Positions 26,387 to 40,005 of a DNA stretch of 64,000 nucleotides are shown here, piece after piece. The position numbers were made by a program, and so were the translations under genes. Under the pieces are notes generated by a model, which made no database searches, was not told the origin of the DNA, and saw only the letters and a list, made by a program, of their open reading frames with translations. Source of the stretch: the human T2T-CHM13v2.0 reference genome, Homo sapiens; NCBI RefSeq assembly GCF_009914755.1, contig NC_060933.1. One strand, 5' to 3'. Within the stretch, counting starts at the first letter, position 1. Each line of letters opens with the position of its first letter.

Positions 26387-26624
26387 GTAAATTGTGCTTT
26401 CTTGAGTGTTAACTACTCATGGACCTGTTATGATGACTCTGGGGTGAATTTACCCACTTCAGTGAACACAGTAATAAGGCAGACTCTCTATATCATGTTC
26501 TAATAGAATTAAGACACCAAGAGCATGGCATTCCAAATCTTTGGAAGTAGAAAAATGCAGTCAACCAAATGCTATCCTCTGATTGAAAGAAAACCCAAAA
26601 ATGTGAGGGTTTACTTTAGAATCA

Positions 26625-26800
26625 TTACACACATGCACACACAAAATCATTACATATACACACACATATATATATATATAGGTAGATCATTATATACATC
26701 ATATATACACCATTCTATGGGTGTATGTATGGATATACCCATTTATATGTTTTTAAAATGACATATTTACATATGTATGTATATATTATCCATATAGCTA
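26625..26800. repeat. (CA)/(TA)-rich low-complexity tract
   Basis: Directly visible. Confidence 0.75.
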
Positions 26801-27844
26801 TGTAGTCCTGTTTCCCTTTCTCTCTATCTGCATACTCTTTGTCCTATAAATATTTTATATTCTTTTAGCTTTGCATTCAAACTTGTTTTCTCAGAGAATA
26901 ATTAAAATTTCAGAAAGCACAGGAAAATTAGATATAAAAGTCTTGGTCTCAGGAACCTGGATGTACTCACGGCATAAACTATACATTTGAAAGAGTATTT
27001 GATAAGTGAGGGAAACGTTTCCAGATTATCCCCCAACTGAACTTGAGACTAAACTGCATTTCTAAAGGATGGGGAAATAAACGAGGAAAAGATGTAAGGA
27101 TATGGATAAGAGGACTCTGCTTTTCTAACTCTGGGATGAACCTGGGGGAAGAGGGACAACAGAAACTCAGGTGGGTTTAGAGGTTCCTAAATGCTGAGAG
27201 AACCTGTGCCCCTTTCTAAGAAAAGTACAGGAAGATAGCAAGACCTAGATTAATAATGGCTGTATGGAATGTCTAAGCAATGGTCTGAGCCAGCCACATA
27301 GAGCTCTCCTGGGTCTCAGCGTGGAAGTAGTGTAATAAATTCCATGTTCTTGAGAGTGGAACGAAATAGCTAGTCTTTCTGAGTTTTCTATGAATCAACC
27401 TTGGCATAGGAATAGAAAAATGATACCCTATGCACAAGAAGGACAAAGAATTGACTGGAGAGTTAGACACAAACTAATCCGCCTACAAATGGTGATCAGT
27501 GTGACTCATGAGTATAGTCTAGACATGGAATAGGGAGCTCTCAACAGATGTAGGCATGAGTCAACGATGACCTAGCTCAGATGACCTCCTTACCGTGTCT
27601 TTGCATTATATCAAACCCCAGAACTTTAATGCAACTGAGGGAAGTGGAGAAAACCCTAAATTGACTTAAATTAATTATTCTGCCTGCACTAAGAAAATAT
27701 CATTGCAGAAATTAAGATTTATTACAAAGAAATATATTTCATAGACGTTGAGTTTGTATACTTAGATTTATTTCCCTAATTTATAGATACCACATTAGAG
27801 ATGCATAAATTAGCTATCATGACAGTGAAAGGTTTCACTTGGGT

Positions 27845-28020
27845 TAGAGTTGTCAGATAAAACCAGGATGCCCAGTTAAATCTGAATTTCAAATAAACAG
27901 TGGATTTTGTAATGTATATTAAAAATACCACATGTGACATAATTGTACTAAAAATACTGTTAGTTGAAATTTAAAATTAACTGGTAGTTCTGTTTTTTAT
28001 TTGCTGAACTGACAACCCTA
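27845..28020. mobile_element. MER53 hAT MITE
   Basis: TIRs tagagttgtcag / ctgacaacccta, palindromic body, perfect 8-bp TSD acttgggt. Confidence 0.9.
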
Positions 28021-28399
28021 ACTTGGGTAAGTTGTTCAGGCATTGTAAAACTAATCTTTAATAGGCCAAAAGCTCTTTAGAAATGAATTACAACTTCTTG
28101 ATGTGAATCTTTCTAAAATGTTTTATGTACTTTCATTGCTTTAAAAATATACTATAGATAAACTTAAGTTGAATTTTAAGACTATAATTATGAAATTATG
28201 GGCTATATAATTCTTTTGAAAATATTGACTGATTGATTATAGTAGCACATTAAGGAAATAGAGTCTTAGAAAATGGAGAGTAATTAGAAATGGAAAAGAA
28301 GTCTGTTCTTCCTACCCATTTCTAATTTACCCTCTCTAGTTCAGACAAAAATAGTATTAGTTATTAAAAAGTACTGAAGCAATGTTGGCAATATTTAGT

Positions 28400-30900
28400 G
28401 TCTAATTAAAATTAGGGAGTGACGAAGTAAAAGATGGCTCATGTTTATTGTGTCATGTGGGATGATAGTGCCACCAAATAAGCTAAGTTTCAGAGGGAGA
28501 ATAGTTTGTTGGTAAGATAATGAATTTATTTTTAGACATTTGATGTTGATATGCCTTTGGGGCATTAGAGAGAGATTCCTAGACTACAATTTGTGAGGAA
28601 GTTGTGACTTCTGGAGAAAGGTGGGTAGATTAGAGAGAGAGAGAGAGGTGATAGAGAGAGAGAGAGAGAGAGATAGATAGATAGATAGGGAAATATACAA
28701 ATATTCTTTATTCTTCAACATTTATGTAGCAGTTGGAAACATGGTTTCATGAGATCATCAAGGGATACTATTTAGAGTGAGCTTAGAAGAAGGCTGAGCA
28801 AGTTTAGGCCATAAAGGAGTCATAAGAAAATAAGGGAAAAATAAAAGGAGAAGTAGAGGGTATTTTCACTGTGACTAAGGGAGTTTCAAGAAAGAAGGTA
28901 TGATCAGCAAGGTCAAATGACAATATTCAAATATTTTAAACTATAAAAATGACAATTTTATGTGATTCACCCTAGTAAGCCTAATAAGTTAGGACCACAT
29001 TGGTTTTGACAGTTAGATAGATCACTGGGGACAGTTTTTCTTGAGCATGGGGAATAAGACCAGACTGCTCTAGGTTGAAAAAAATGAAAGTGATAATGTG
29101 GTAAAAGCAAAAATTTTCATAAGATAGTAATATACAAGAATGGATTGTAATATATGCTCTATCCTTTAGCATGAATGTGGGTCCTGGGATTCTGAGTCTT
29201 AGGTTGCAGACAATAGAGTTGCAACTGCGAAGCAAAAGCACTAATTTATTTGTGCAGAATATGTGGATTATAAAACCCAAAGCTCAACTTATCAATTTGG
29301 GATATGTGAAATATTAAGTTTAAGAAAACAGGCAAAGTTTAAGAGCCAGAACCTAAGAAAATATTTGCAGAAGTCAATCAGAAATACAAAGTAGGTAGGA
29401 AAGCTCAACCTTCTTATGATGCTGAGGACTTAGTGGCAAGAAGCCTTTATCCTGGGTGAAAGGTGAGTGGTTCAGGAGGCTTATCCAGTCAAGAAAGTTT
29501 GACATAAATAAAAGCAAGATCAAATGAGGGATTATGTTTTTACTTTTTAATGTAAAACCATTGAACATTCATATAGGGTAAAATGAATTAATTATTTAAA
29601 AGAGAAGAGAATATCAATAGATACCAATCCTAGGGGAAGCAGGTGAAATGAGGTAAAAGGCAATGATTAAGTGATTACTTTAATAAATGGGAATAGATAC
29701 CTCTTCTTCCAAGAAAGGAAACTATGTAATGATTGAGTATCAAAATACATTTGAGGTTTTGGAGATAGAATATTGCTATAGGTTATACTTGTCAACTATG
29801 TCTTTTCATAAAGGCAGAAACCATATTACTGTTGAGAAAGGGTCTCCTTTTGTTGAGTAAGGGGCTTGAATAGAGTTGTAAAGTCTTGGAATAGAATTGC
29901 AGTTTGTAGGATACACTGATGAACAAGTAAAAAATAAATGATTACAGGGCATTTCTGAGTGCTCAGCTAGAGGTTGGTCACCATGAATTTGTAATGACAC
30001 AAGCCTTCATAGATGTGTATTTTTTCATCTTTACTAAGTATTACAATTGGAGGAGGTAGGCTTCAGAATTATTTCAGTGTTGGGGTTTTGCTAGACTGAT
30101 GCAAAAGAGTATAAGAGTATCCAAGTTTATAAATTTTTTTTCAGAATATTAAGCATCAAATCTAGATTAATTATGAAAGGTGTCCCATGATAGACATAAT
30201 ATAAAGGTGAAAGATAATAGGAACAATGAAGTAGAAATTTCAATGAAGTCACAGTTTAAGAGTGAAAGTGACAGGATGGACAAAGCACCAAAAGATTCAA
30301 AGAAATTCAAATAATTATTAAAGGTCAGTATTACAAAGATAGAACCATTTTAGTTGATGCCAGGAATAGATGACCAAACTGAAGAGGGGCTTGAATGGAG
30401 ACCATTAGAGTTGAGGTCAAACAATTATCAAGTCAGTGTATGTTCTTATGGGCTTTGAAATCACTCATGTTGATGGCAGAATTAAGATGGATACATGGAA
30501 TGAATCATTGTATATAAGTGTTTAAAGAATATGGAGGAATGACCACAAGTTTGTAAATATCAGAAATAAGAAGGGACCAGTATTGCTCAATGGAACTATA
30601 AAAATCTTAGATTTAAAGGAGAGTAGAAGAAGAATCATAGAAACAGTTCTAGAGGATGAGGGGAACTCTATTTCATTTTCTGATTTGGAGGTCCATGGAC
30701 AGTGAGAGAATGGTTTTATTGGAGATACCTCCTGGGTAAGCTGAGTTTTCCAGAGAAAGCCTGGTTTTAGTTAAGGCCAACAAAGGAATAAATAATTTAG
30801 AGAGGAGCTAGGATTCCACAGTGCACAGAATAAAGGATGGATAGCATTGAGCAGAGTGGGGATAAGAATAGAGGAGATTATTATAGTTTGGGAGGTTATT
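28400..30900 (-). mobile_element. Long, highly degraded L2 remnant
   Basis: Purine-rich; tttttagacatttgatgttgatatgcct, tgagatcatcaaggga, gatcagcaaggtcaaatg motifs; boundaries approximate. Confidence 0.6.
28632..28688. repeat. (GA)n/(GATA)n microsatellite
   Basis: Directly visible. Confidence 0.9.
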
Positions 30901-31875
30901 ATAGTTGATAGAGATGTAAAGAATTGGGCTCTTAATTGCCTTGCTGTTTTAAACATATCTCTAAATAAGAGTTTCAGTGTTGATGAAAACTGAGGCTTCA
31001 GAAGCTTGTTGAAAAAATTGCCAGCAGCTAAGTCTGAATTGTAGGTGGAGTAGGGCAGAGCTGGAATAGATCTCAGTGGCTAAAGACTGTCTGTAAGTGC
31101 TGAAGCTGCCATAGGACCAAGTCAAGTGGCCAGAGAGGCAATAAGGAACAACCCCAGGAACAACCCCAGGTGGTGAGAGGCCTTATATGCTTCACTGTAT
31201 ACATACACTTTGCAAATACACACAGAAATATCTTTTTATGTATAAATTAAATTTTAATTATTACTTCATTAAATGCACATTTATATATGTTCACTTCAGG
31301 AATTTTTCAAGTTATAAAAAATGTTTTTATGTCTCAGAGACTGTGCATAACTAAAACAAAAATGGGAAAAATAAAAATATACGCCAGTGGCTTAATCCAC
31401 ATCACATAAGGAGCCTGATTTGCTTGAATTTTTTTTTATATTGAATGGGCTATCCTTTTTTTTAAATTATCTTGGCTTTTGTATATAACCAAGAACACCT
31501 AAGTGGAATTAATACACACAGCATGAGGAATTTTACTGCCTCATTCAAGTGGGAAACTGACCTGCCCTGACTTTTTAAATAGGCCATGGTGATAATTGGT
31601 AAAGTGGTGTGGTGGCAGGTTTACCCAGCTGGTCACCTGCATGGAGAACAGCTTTCCTATTAAAGTTTATCCAACCATGAAGGACCTTTGAATGTGTTGT
31701 TTCTGCAGGGTGGGTGCTCTGCTGATGCATTCTGCTCAAACCCCAAATAAAGAAACGCTTGAGTTATTTTTGATTCAAAGCAAGCAAAGGGGTGATAAGC
31801 AACTGCCTGTACAATTGAAGCATATGCTTGCTGAGTTCTAATTCTCTTTTTGCTTTGAGACCAGATGCTATATCC

Positions 31876-32045
31876 TAGTAATTCCCAAACCTGGCTGATC
31901 TTCAGAATCATCTAGGGAGCTTTTAAAAATACCAGTATCTGGGCCTCTCACTCAGAGATTTTGATTGATTATATTTTGGCTGGAGTATAGAAATTGGATT
32001 TTGGAATATGCTCCAGATAAATATTTCATGTTTGGGTAACACTGC
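31876..32045. mobile_element. MER5A-like MITE
   Basis: tcccaaacctggctg..tcagaatcatctagggagcttttaaaaatacc...gggtaacactgc. Confidence 0.75.
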
Positions 32046-32329
32046 TCAATATCAGGGTCTTACAACCTTGATATGAGGATTGTGGTGTGGAGGGGAACTC
32101 TTCCTATAATTCAGACACATCACCCATTGCCAAGCCCCTAGTTCCCAAATGACAATTATTGCCCTAGACCACTTATTCGACATAGATATTTATCCACATG
32201 ATAGGCATGCTTTAGGATTGGATTGCCTACAAAAGTGTAAAAGGATAAATGAGAAATGCTTGACTTTTTGATAAGTTACAGAACTGGGACCTCTACCTCC
32301 CCCTACCAGAGTTAAACTTCAGTCCTCTT

Positions 32330-32503
32330 GGCCAAGAAATTACTCTAGATACTTTAACACAAGTGCCTAATGTTTCCCCATCAGTAGAATGGTGTATAAA
32401 AATGAATGGGCCACTTACCAGTAGGGATGATTGTAAGATCAGTATTCATCTATGAGAAGCTGGTGCCATGACTAGATATTAGTTCTTAAATAAGTGATTA
32501 GCT
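32330..32503 (+). mobile_element. MIR fragment
   Basis: gtgcct..tgtttccccatcagtagaatgg, agggatgattgtaagatc. Confidence 0.55.
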
Positions 32504-32904
32504 CAAGAGCATGCTGTATCACGAGAGATAATACACGTTGGAATATGGGGAGAAAACACAGGTTCAATAACTTGAGCAAAAGAGAAGAATGAAGTCACTG
32601 GGTTTTGCCCCAATAATTGGTAGCAAATGTGCCAACAGTGAAAGAAAGCCAGTAACAGGATGATCAGAAATGAACCAGGATACCATAGAGTGAGAAGGGC
32701 ATTTCAAGAACTAATTCTGCTTACCTGTATAACAGCACTATTATTAAACACTGGTCAGCAGATTTCTTTGACTAGGCTGATTATTCATGAATTAATCGTT
32801 ATAGATGGTGAAGAGTACTGCCATGCAGCCTAATTATATATTTTACCATTCATTTCCTTCCCCCATGAAGCAGTCACATGGAGATACCAAGTATATTCTA
32901 CAGT

Positions 32905-33768
<864 letters not shown>

Positions 33769-36029
33769 TCCTGATGGAGAAAGCTATTTACTTATTCAAA
33801 ACTAGGTTTGCTTATGATTTAAATTTAGTGTATAAGAAGAGTAAGCCTTTAGAAGATTGCTGATAATAATCATTTGTTGAAAAAACTGGATCCAAGTAAA
33901 AGTATTCAAAATAGTTGGGAGAGAGATCTGCCAAAATATACTTAAAATTTATAAGCAGCAAAGGAACAGAGAGGAAGAGTGGGATTAGAAATAGAGAAGG
34001 GGATAAGAGGGAGAGTCTTACAGAGACTTGGAATTTCCTGATAGGAAAACGCTAATGACACATACGGCAACTTGAAACCATGTAACCAAGGGATAACTTA
34101 TTTTTCTAAATTTAATAGCTATTTGTCCCAGTTCTTGCCTTTCAGATTTAAAGATAGAAAGGAGTCAGGAAAATATATAATATACTTTCTAATTAGTAAC
34201 TGGCTATTAACTAAAATGAACAGGTAAATGAGAAAAAGTCAACATGTCTTGGAGGTATTGGTAGGTAGCAAATTTTCCAGAGTTGCTAAAATAGCATGAA
34301 AAAAATTATTTTATTCATTTGGTTATTTGTTCAAACTGGTAATAGTTATTTTAATTCTTCTCCAGAGGCTGGAGCAAGCTCTCTACAATCACTAAGTGTG
34401 AAAATGTCAGATCTAGTCTGAACCTGGAGAGGGATTTGCACAGGGCCAAGACAACATGGTGGAAAGGAGAGCTTGACTGGTGGGTGAAGAGAAAGGTGGC
34501 TCAGCTAAATTCAGTTAATCCATTCCTTACCCTACTCTAGCTGTTGCTAAATTATTAATAACTTGTAGCAGAAGTCTCAGCTTGAGGCTATACCATGTTC
34601 ATTTCTGCGGATCAGGCCTATCTGTACATGTCTGAATAATTGGTAAGAAGCCAAAAGATGCTTATTTATATGCAACATTGATAACCCACTTGGGAGATAA
34701 TTCATTTTATAGTGTGCCTCAATGAATTTGGTGATTTGGAGAAGAGAGATTCTGAGTCAACTCTGGTGGGGTCACTGCATCTACTCTTCACTTTCCAACA
34801 GTGGCCGTACATTAGAAGAATAAAGGCATGCAGGTACAAGCTAGAAAGTCTGTTATATAAAAAAACTCAATAAAAGAGTAAGTATGAGCAGAATGGTGTC
34901 AGTAACCTTCTTAAGAACTGTGATACAAATAGAAAGAGATGTTCTTACCCATTTCGCCACAATTTACAGAGCACCAGGCAATTTCAGTGTTGCAAGAAGT
35001 ACATGTATGGCAACAGTGCCTTACAGAAGACAACCATGGTATCAAGCAGAGACATCTTGACGTGGCAGAGAGTGGTACTCAGCAGCAATATTAGTAGTGT
35101 GTTTAGCAAAATTAGAGTTACTGATCAGAAGAGATATCTGTGGCCAGAATAGTGGTACTGCCTAGTGTGCATGGCTGAACTTGGCAGGAGACAAAGCAAC
35201 ATCAACCAAACACGCTCATGCTGAAGAGGAAGAGCAGGACATGGTAAAGGTGGAGGTGTTGCCCTGTGGATGGATTAGAATCCAACTGAAGCAATAGTAA
35301 TACAACTGTCAGAGCCCTTCTGCCTGAAGTTTATGGGCAGAAACAGACACACATACACCACCCTCCCCCAACACACACTGGTATTTAAAGGGTTAATTTC
35401 TAGTGTGCTTCTAACTTGCAGTCCTATTACAAAGTAAAATTTAGTTTCTAAGAGTATTGAAAGGCAAAATTGCCCCTGACCCATAAAAATTTAGTGTTGA
35501 TTTTAAAACCATTTAGACAAACAGTTGCCAGCAATATGGGTATTATGCTCCAGGAACAATGAAAAAAAGCTGTTTCTCTCATTCCCTATTTTCCTGGAGC
35601 AATGCATTCACATAATGCCATTTTGACATTGTAGAGACAAGTCTATTAAAATATGAATTATGGTTACTTTGTCTCTTATGTTGGTCCATTTAGCATAATA
35701 GTTGCAATTGACGTAAATAGCAGATAGTACATTTTATTCTTAGTGTTTGAAATTAAAATAGATTGAATGATTTTCTTGTATATATCATTGTTGAAGTTTT
35801 TGTTACACTCTGAATTAATACAAATAGCAGTAATAACACAACTGAATGCACCTAACATGTATTATTGGATTTATCCCAAGCTGCTTTTTCATAAATGGGC
35901 ATTTCTATCCATGTAACTGAAACTCAGTAATGTTTTTAATGTTTTAAAATGAGAATGTTTTAAGAATCAAACTTGCAGAAATATAATCAAGATAGCAGGT
36001 GAGGTGAGAGGATGTGGTGGCCTGTAAAA

Positions 36030-37800
36030 TAAGAGTTTACCATTTGTCTGAAGGATATTTTGGCTACGTATATCAAAAGCCATAAACTCTACACACCATC
36101 TGATCTAGCATTTACCTTTCTAGGATTTATTCTAAAGACAATGTTAAGGTTGTACACAAAGATTTAACTAAATTTTGTTTATTACAACATTATATAGCAA
36201 AAAGTAGAAATAATGTAAATGTATAATAGGGATTTGGTGTGATAACACATACGATCATATAGTAAAAGATTAGGTCAATTTTAAATTAGTTTGATTATGC
36301 TTTTTAATTTTATACTAAATTGCAAATATGGAAATACCACACAGAACATGTATAATGGAATCAGTTATTTTAAGTTGAAGACCGTTATAAAGGGGCACCC
36401 CAGGAAGCCTCCTTGTGCTCCATCCCAATCATACCCCTCAATTTTCATAAATAGCAACTATTTTGGATTTTGTAGCAATCACTTCTTTGTGTCTTTATTG
36501 ATTTTATAACCCAAGTGTTCATTCCCAGATGCTAGTTCAGTCTTGTTAATTAATATAAATAAAAATACAAAGCCATTTCCATATCTTTTAAGTCTCTTGC
36601 AATCTATAAGTTTCTCTGGTGTCTTGCATTTGTTTTTTTTTAAAAAAAAACATATTGAAGACCCCAAAACATTTTGACCTGCAGAGTTTTCCGTGGTTTG
36701 GATTTTGTGGAATGAATATTCTTGGTGCACTTCTACTTGTTATTCTGCCCTCTGTATTTCCTGCAAACTAACAGGCCCAGAAGCATATCAAGTTCATGTC
36801 TGATCCCTTTGGCAAGACTAAAGGAAGTAGTGTGTTCTTTCATTAATAGGTCAAGTAGTTCCACGTTTTATGATTCTAAAACTATTGGTGATTACTCTTA
36901 GAACTGTTAATTATTTGGAGTTGTAATTTAGTCACATTCTAATTATATAAATTCTTTCTAAATTTAGTAATTGAAAAACAATTATAAATACATGATTTAC
37001 CTTATCTACTATTTGGTTACCAAGTAATACTATTCCTATAAGAAAAGCAGGATTATTTATCTTGTTTGCCAGTTTTTAAGGTTATCATCCACTGTATATT
37101 TTGCCTATATTTAGTCTTAGTTCAGAAAGAAATTATGTATTTGATAATCAACATCAGTGCTTATTTCAGTGTCTGTCTAATCATTTTGGTTATCTGAAGT
37201 TCTTTCTCAAATAGATTCCTCAGGAAGTTCTTGTGAGAAAAATAATTATTCTTTGCTTGTTAAGTTAGTTTTGCTGGATATAAATCTTGCTTACATTTTC
37301 TTTTCTTCAGCCTTTTCTTCAGTCAGCATTTCCATTTTATTTTGCCATAAATCGTAGTACTGAAAAATCAGATGATAATGTGAGGCTCTAATATGTCGTG
37401 CACTCTCTTTTTTCCTAGATAACCAAAGATTTTTGTTCGTTTGTCTTTTAAGTCTAGGAATTGTACTGGAATATGTCTTGCTGATATTCTTAAGTACATG
37501 GTATGCTTATAAAATCATTTTTTATTTTAGAAAACTTCTGGAATGATAGTTTTTATCTTTTGCCATTTCTTTGCATTGAATTGGCTTTCATCTTTAGGGA
37601 CTCTTAAATATTTACCATTCTTTCTCAAGCCATTTCTGTTTTTCTTTGCAAATTGAAAAAAGTCCTGTTTTTCACCTTAGACTTTTTTTCTTAAATAAAA
37701 GTGTATTTATTCAATTTTGCATTCTTCCTTTTGAAGTCATTTTATGAGTTATTTTTCTTTTTATTTCTAATTCTTTCCTAAATTCTGAACATTTCTGAGA
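36030..37800. mobile_element. Cluster of ancient L1M/L1MC/L1ME fragments (mixed orientation)
   Basis: tctaggatttattctaaaga (+); tgcagagttttccgtggtttggattttg and ttttgctggatataaa (-). Confidence 0.55.
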
Positions 37801-37820
37801 TTTAATTTTATTTACTGCTC

Positions 37821-38878
37821 ATTTTTTAAATGACAGGTAAAATTGTATGTATTTACTGCATATAACATGATGTTTTGAGGTATATGTATATACCGTAGAA
37901 TGACTAAATGTAGCTAATTAACATATGCATTACCTCACATAATTATCATTTTCGTGGTGAGAACACTTTAAAACCACTCAGCATTTTCCAAGAACAATAT
38001 ATTGTTAACTATAGTCAACCTGTTTTACAATACATTTCTTGAACTTATTTCTCTTATTTAACTGAAATTTTATATTCTTTGACAAACATCCCTCTAACCT
38101 CCTCCATCTCCAGCCATTCCTGGTAATCACTATTCTACTCTTCCATGAGATCAACTTTTTTAGATTCCATGTATAATTGAGATTTTGTGGTATTTGTCTT
38201 TCTGTGCCTGGTTTGGTGTATTTCACTTAACATAATGTCCTCCAGTTCTTCTATGTAGTCACAAAGTAGAGCATATCCTTTTCCTTAATAACTTAATAAT
38301 ATTTCATTCTGTATACATTCCATATTTTCTTTATCCATTCATCTGTTGATGGATACTAGGTTGATTCTATGTCTTGGCTATTGTGAATAGTGCTGCAGTA
38401 AATATGGGAATGCAGGTATCTCTGCAACTTACTGATTTCATTTTCTTTAGGTATATACCCAATAGTGGAATTGCTGGATCCTATGATAATTCTACTTTTA
38501 TGTTTTTGAGGAACTTCTGCATTGTTTCTATAATGGGTGTACCAGTTTATGTTCCCACCAACAGTGTGCAAAAGTTCCCTTTTCTTCACATCATCAACAC
38601 TTGTCATCTTTTAGTGTTTTGAAACAGCCATTCTAACAGATATGAGGTGATAAGTCATTGTGGTTTTAATTTTCATTTCCCTGTGATGGTCAATGATGTT
38701 GAGCTTTTGTTTTAAATGTACCTCTTGGTCACTCGTATGTCTTTCTTTTGAGAGCTGTGCATACAGGTCTTTTGCCCATCTTTTAACCAGGTTATGTTTA
38801 TTTGCTATTGAGTTGTTTGAGTTTCTTATATATTTTAGATATTAACCCCTTATCAGATGCAGAGTTTGTATATATTTT
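37821..38878 (-). mobile_element. L1MA8-type 3' portion
   Basis: agctaattaacatatgcattacctcacata 3' UTR plus the end of ORF2. Confidence 0.88.
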
Positions 38879-39031
38879 TGACACAGAATTATTCTCAGTC
38901 ACTTTGCCTACTGAGAACCCCTAGCTGACAACACCCCCACCTGGGCCTTGCTTGGGCATGTTTCCTGCCACAAGAGGTGGCCTGCTCACATGGCCCATCC
39001 AGGCCACACCTGGCTTGTGCAGCAGCCCAGC
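38879..39031 (-). mobile_element. MER52-like LTR fragment
   Basis: tgacacagaattattctcagtcactttgcc start, GC-rich. Confidence 0.55.
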
Positions 39032-39039
39032 TTTAGTCA

Positions 39040-39196
39040 TATATAGCATTCTTGAGATCACAGAATATAAGTATTTCAGCTAACAGATATATTAACTAGT
39101 TTGATTTAACTGTTCCACATTGTACTCATAAATTATAACATTACTTCATACCCCGTACATTTATACAATTATAAATTGTCAGTTTATAATAAAAAG
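39040..39196 (+). mobile_element. L1MA 3' end
   Basis: tagtttgatttaactgttccacattgta...tacaattataaattgtcagtttataataaaaa. Confidence 0.75.
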
Positions 39197-39528
39197 CTTT
39201 GCAATTTTTTATGTAAAGAGTTAAGATCTTTCTGCAACCCCTATATATCTAAAAACTTTTTTTCTTGTGATATCTGCATACTAAATGTTGTAAGCCTCTG
39301 GCATAAGGCACTTTTTTTTCTGGCTAAATTTGAAATCAAAGAATATATTATACTGATGGACTTAAAATGTTTCTTTCCCATGCCAAAATTAAGCTCATAG
39401 AATGTATTTTTTTTTCTGTTTTTCTTACCATGGGCAATTAATTTTTGAGAATTAATAAGAGAACATTTGCCTCATTTGCCTTATTACACACATTGTATTC
39501 TTGCTTTCTTGTTTTTTTTTTTTTTTAG

Positions 39529-39557
39529 GACCAATTGAAAAGCCTGAAACATATTAA
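39529..39557 (+). CDS. Candidate terminal coding exon J (phase 1; (R)PIEKPETY-stop)
   Basis: Very strong acceptor ttcttgctttcttg(T)15ag; phase-compatible with exon I. Confidence 0.3.
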
Positions 39558-39699
39558 TCTTCTGCTAACTGCAGCGTATCATGTTTCCATTTTCTTAGCT
39601 GTTTTCTGGTCATCTTACATTAGGACCATCAATATTAAGAACTTATCTACCTATTGGTTGCAATAACAATAGACAGACATATGAGACATATGAAATTCA

Positions 39700-40005
39700 A
39701 AATAAGATAAAATGAAATATCCACACAAAATTCAACAGTAAGAAAACATATAACCCAAATTTAAAAAATATGCAAAAGACTTAAACAGACACCTCTGTAA
39801 AGGATGATATATAGAAGGCAATTAAGCCCATGAAAATACTTCACCATCATCAGCCATTAGCAAGATGCAAAATAAAATTATGATGAAATAATACTACATA
39901 TCTATTAAAATGGCTAAGGTAAGAAAATACTGGCTCTTCCAAGTGCAAGCAAGTTTGTAGAGCAAGTGGAACTCCCATGCATTATTAGTAGGAATACAAA
40001 ATGTT
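39700..40005 (+). mobile_element. L1MB-type fragment (host; resumes about 47630-48210)
   Basis: tgcaaaagacttaaacagacac...ggaactcccatgcattattagtaggaatacaaaatg. Confidence 0.75.

Noticed and set aside
26960-27770. Possible ancient LTR (Gypsy/LTR78-like)
   Set aside because: Only a vague resemblance near 27650-27770; termini and TSD not identifiable.
31144-31170. 12-bp duplication aggaacaacccc (similar small ones at 19869-19917 and 6664-6707)
   Set aside because: Ordinary slippage-scale events with no functional context.
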